Origin: an uncultured bacterium
GTDB lineage: Bacteria; Acidobacteriota; HRBIN11; JAKEFK01
Length of the DNA stretch: 64,000 bases
Direction of reading: 5' to 3'
Assembly (NCBI GenBank): GCA_963777505.1
Contig: CAVZQN010000001.1
Span: 256,001-320,000, forward strand
Below the pieces are notes generated by a model. That model did not search any database, had not been told where the DNA came from, and was given only the letters and a program-made list of their open reading frames with translations. Shown in pieces: positions 62,538 through 64,000 of the stretch (position 1 is its first letter; each line of letters starts with the position of its first letter). The position numbers were made by a program, and so were the translations under genes.

Positions 62538-63425
62538 ATGCCAAAAAAAGGGAAAAAGGATAAAGGAAAAAATAGTCAAGATGCAAACGAGGTCTCGTTG
62601 CCTGAGGATTCAAAGAAAAGACGAGAGCTCAGCAAAAAGGAATGTGATAAAGAACTTGCAAAATTGCACGTTGAACTTGTGAAGCTTCAGGAATGGGTAA
62701 AGTACAAAGGTCTAAAGGTAGTTGTCATTTTCGAGGGACGCGACGCCGCAGGAAAAGGAGGAGCGATCAAGCGGATCACGGAAACAATGAATCCACGCAT
62801 CTGCAAAGTGGTTGCGCTCCCTGCACCCACCGAACGGGAAAAGACTCAATGGTATTTTCAACGATACGCCGCACATCTCCCAGCTGCCGGTGAAATGGTT
62901 CTCCTCGATAGGAGCTGGTATAACCGCGCCGGAGTCGAGCGGGTAATGGGCTTCTGTACAGATGCGGAGCATACGGAATTCTTACATTCATGCCCGCAGT
63001 TTGAACGGATGCTGATTCGATCAGGAATTATTCTGATTAAGTACTGGTTTTCAGTCAACGATAAAGAGCAGGAAAAAAGATTTGCCCAACGATTGAATGA
63101 TCCTACAAAACATTGGAAGTTAAGCCCCATGGATTTAGAGTCGTTGACACGCTGGGTGGAGTACTCGAAAGCAAAAGACGAGATGTTTTCTTATACGGAT
63201 ATTAAAGAAGCCCCTTGGTATGTGGTCAATGCTGACAACAAACGGATTGCTCGTTTGAATTTGATCCGTCACTTGTTAAACACGATTCCTTATAAGGATA
63301 TGAAACGCGACAAGATTGAACTGCCACCTCGCAGTAAACGGGGGATGGGTGGATATGTGCGCCCCCCGATGACTCAGCAGACTTTTGTTCCAGAATATTA
63401 TAGTCCTGCTAAAGCCGACGAGTAG
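62538..63425 (+). CDS. ppk2: Polyphosphate kinase 2
   Basis: FEGRDAAGKGG, DRSWYNRAGVERVMGFC, WKLSPMD. Confidence 0.96.
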   Translation: MPKKGKKDKGKNSQDANEVSLPEDSKKRRELSKKECDKELAKLHVELVKLQEWVKYKGLKVVVIFEGRDAAGKGGAIKRITETMNPRICKVVALPAPTEREKTQWYFQRYAAHLPAAGEMVLLDRSWYNRAGVERVMGFCTDAEHTEFLHSCPQFERMLIRSGIILIKYWFSVNDKEQEKRFAQRLNDPTKHWKLSPMDLESLTRWVEYSKAKDEMFSYTDIKEAPWYVVNADNKRIARLNLIRHLLNTIPYKDMKRDKIELPPRSKRGMGGYVRPPMTQQTFVPEYYSPAKADE

Positions 63426-63448
63426 TACTATCGATTATAGTACTACTC
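63420..63448. terminator. 12-bp hairpin between convergent genes
   Basis: GAGTAGTACTAT-CGATT-ATAGTACTACTC. Confidence 0.55.
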
Positions 63449-63492
63449 CGTAGCATAGAACTCCCTTACGGCTGGTAATGCGGAACGGGACA

Positions 63493-63696
63493 TTAGTCCT
63501 TCAGGATAAAGGATACGCGCAAGAAAACACGGTATTCTGTGATCTTTCCTTTTTGGACTACAACCTTTTGATCTTTAATCCAGGCTCCCGTTACATTCGC
63601 AAGAGTCTTATCTGCTCGTTTAACTCCTTGATTTACCGCATCTTCAAAACTCTTTGCAGATGAAGAGATAATCTCAGTCACTTTAGCTATAGCCAT
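63493..63696 (-). CDS. Dodecin family protein
   Basis: KVTEIISSSAKSFEDAV...RADKTL...EYRVFLRVSF. Confidence 0.92.
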   Translation of the reverse strand: MAIAKVTEIISSSAKSFEDAVNQGVKRADKTLANVTGAWIKDQKVVVQKGKITEYRVFLRVSFILKD

Positions 63697-63800
63697 TCTA
63701 ATTTTCCTCCAAGTTCAATTCATTTGAATGTAGTTCGTGCAACGCATTTATGCCAGCCCCCGCCGCTCAAAACAAATCCATTCAGCATAAGAGCCAGCAG

Positions 63801-64000
63801 TCACTTTTGTATCGTAGGCGGAGCATCCAATGCTGGATTGCGATCGAAAAAATTAAACGGGCGAAGTGTAATCGAATGCCATCCCAGATTATAAACAGGC
63901 CAGTCTTCAGCTGAGGGTACATGATGGAAGCCCATTGTGTACCAAAGAACAATGTCCGTATTTTCAATGTTCCGATTGCTTGAAGTCCATTTTGGAAGAC
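63801..64000 (-). CDS. Copper amine oxidase, C-terminal end (partial)
   Basis: Hand translation LPKWTSSNRNIENTDIVLWYTMGFHHVPSAEDWPVY...LRPFNFFDRNPALD. Confidence 0.9.
   Translation of the reverse strand, partial: LPKWTSSNRNIENTDIVLWYTMGFHHVPSAEDWPVYNLGWHSITLRPFNFFDRNPALDAPPTIQK

Noticed and set aside
63782-63967. 61-aa minus-strand ORF
   Set aside because: Shadow ORF of the copper amine oxidase C-terminus in another frame.

Overview
A 64 kb chromosomal window of a moderately low-GC bacterium, most likely Acidobacteriota (ADOP permease, Ser/Thr kinase-TolB-propeller fusion, CHAT/TPR proteins). Many single-base indels split genes, probably long-read consensus errors. Ordinary content: pilT, tRNA-Leu(GAG), dinB, czcCBA-type efflux, S9 and M36 peptidases, amidohydrolases, ppk2, dodecin and the 3' end of a copper amine oxidase. 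Most notable: (1) a RiPP-like precursor with five [VT]GPC repeats next to a JmjC Fe/2OG enzyme whose HxD triad reads H-K-G, a halogenase-type motif; (2) an ECF sigma / anti-sigma / TPR-CHAT protease cassette with an exact TGAAA-N15-TGTCTTG motif found three times, before the anti-sigma gene and before two downstream orphan genes; (3) five or six orphan proteins with disordered leaders, five sharing a short helical motif, suggesting a common export or chaperone signal; (4) a FAAL / orphan protein / ACP / Asp-hydroxylase operon; (5) two selenoproteins split in the ORF track, each with UGA at the catalytic Cys position and a SECIS-like hairpin. All family calls come from motif recognition by eye; no searches were run.
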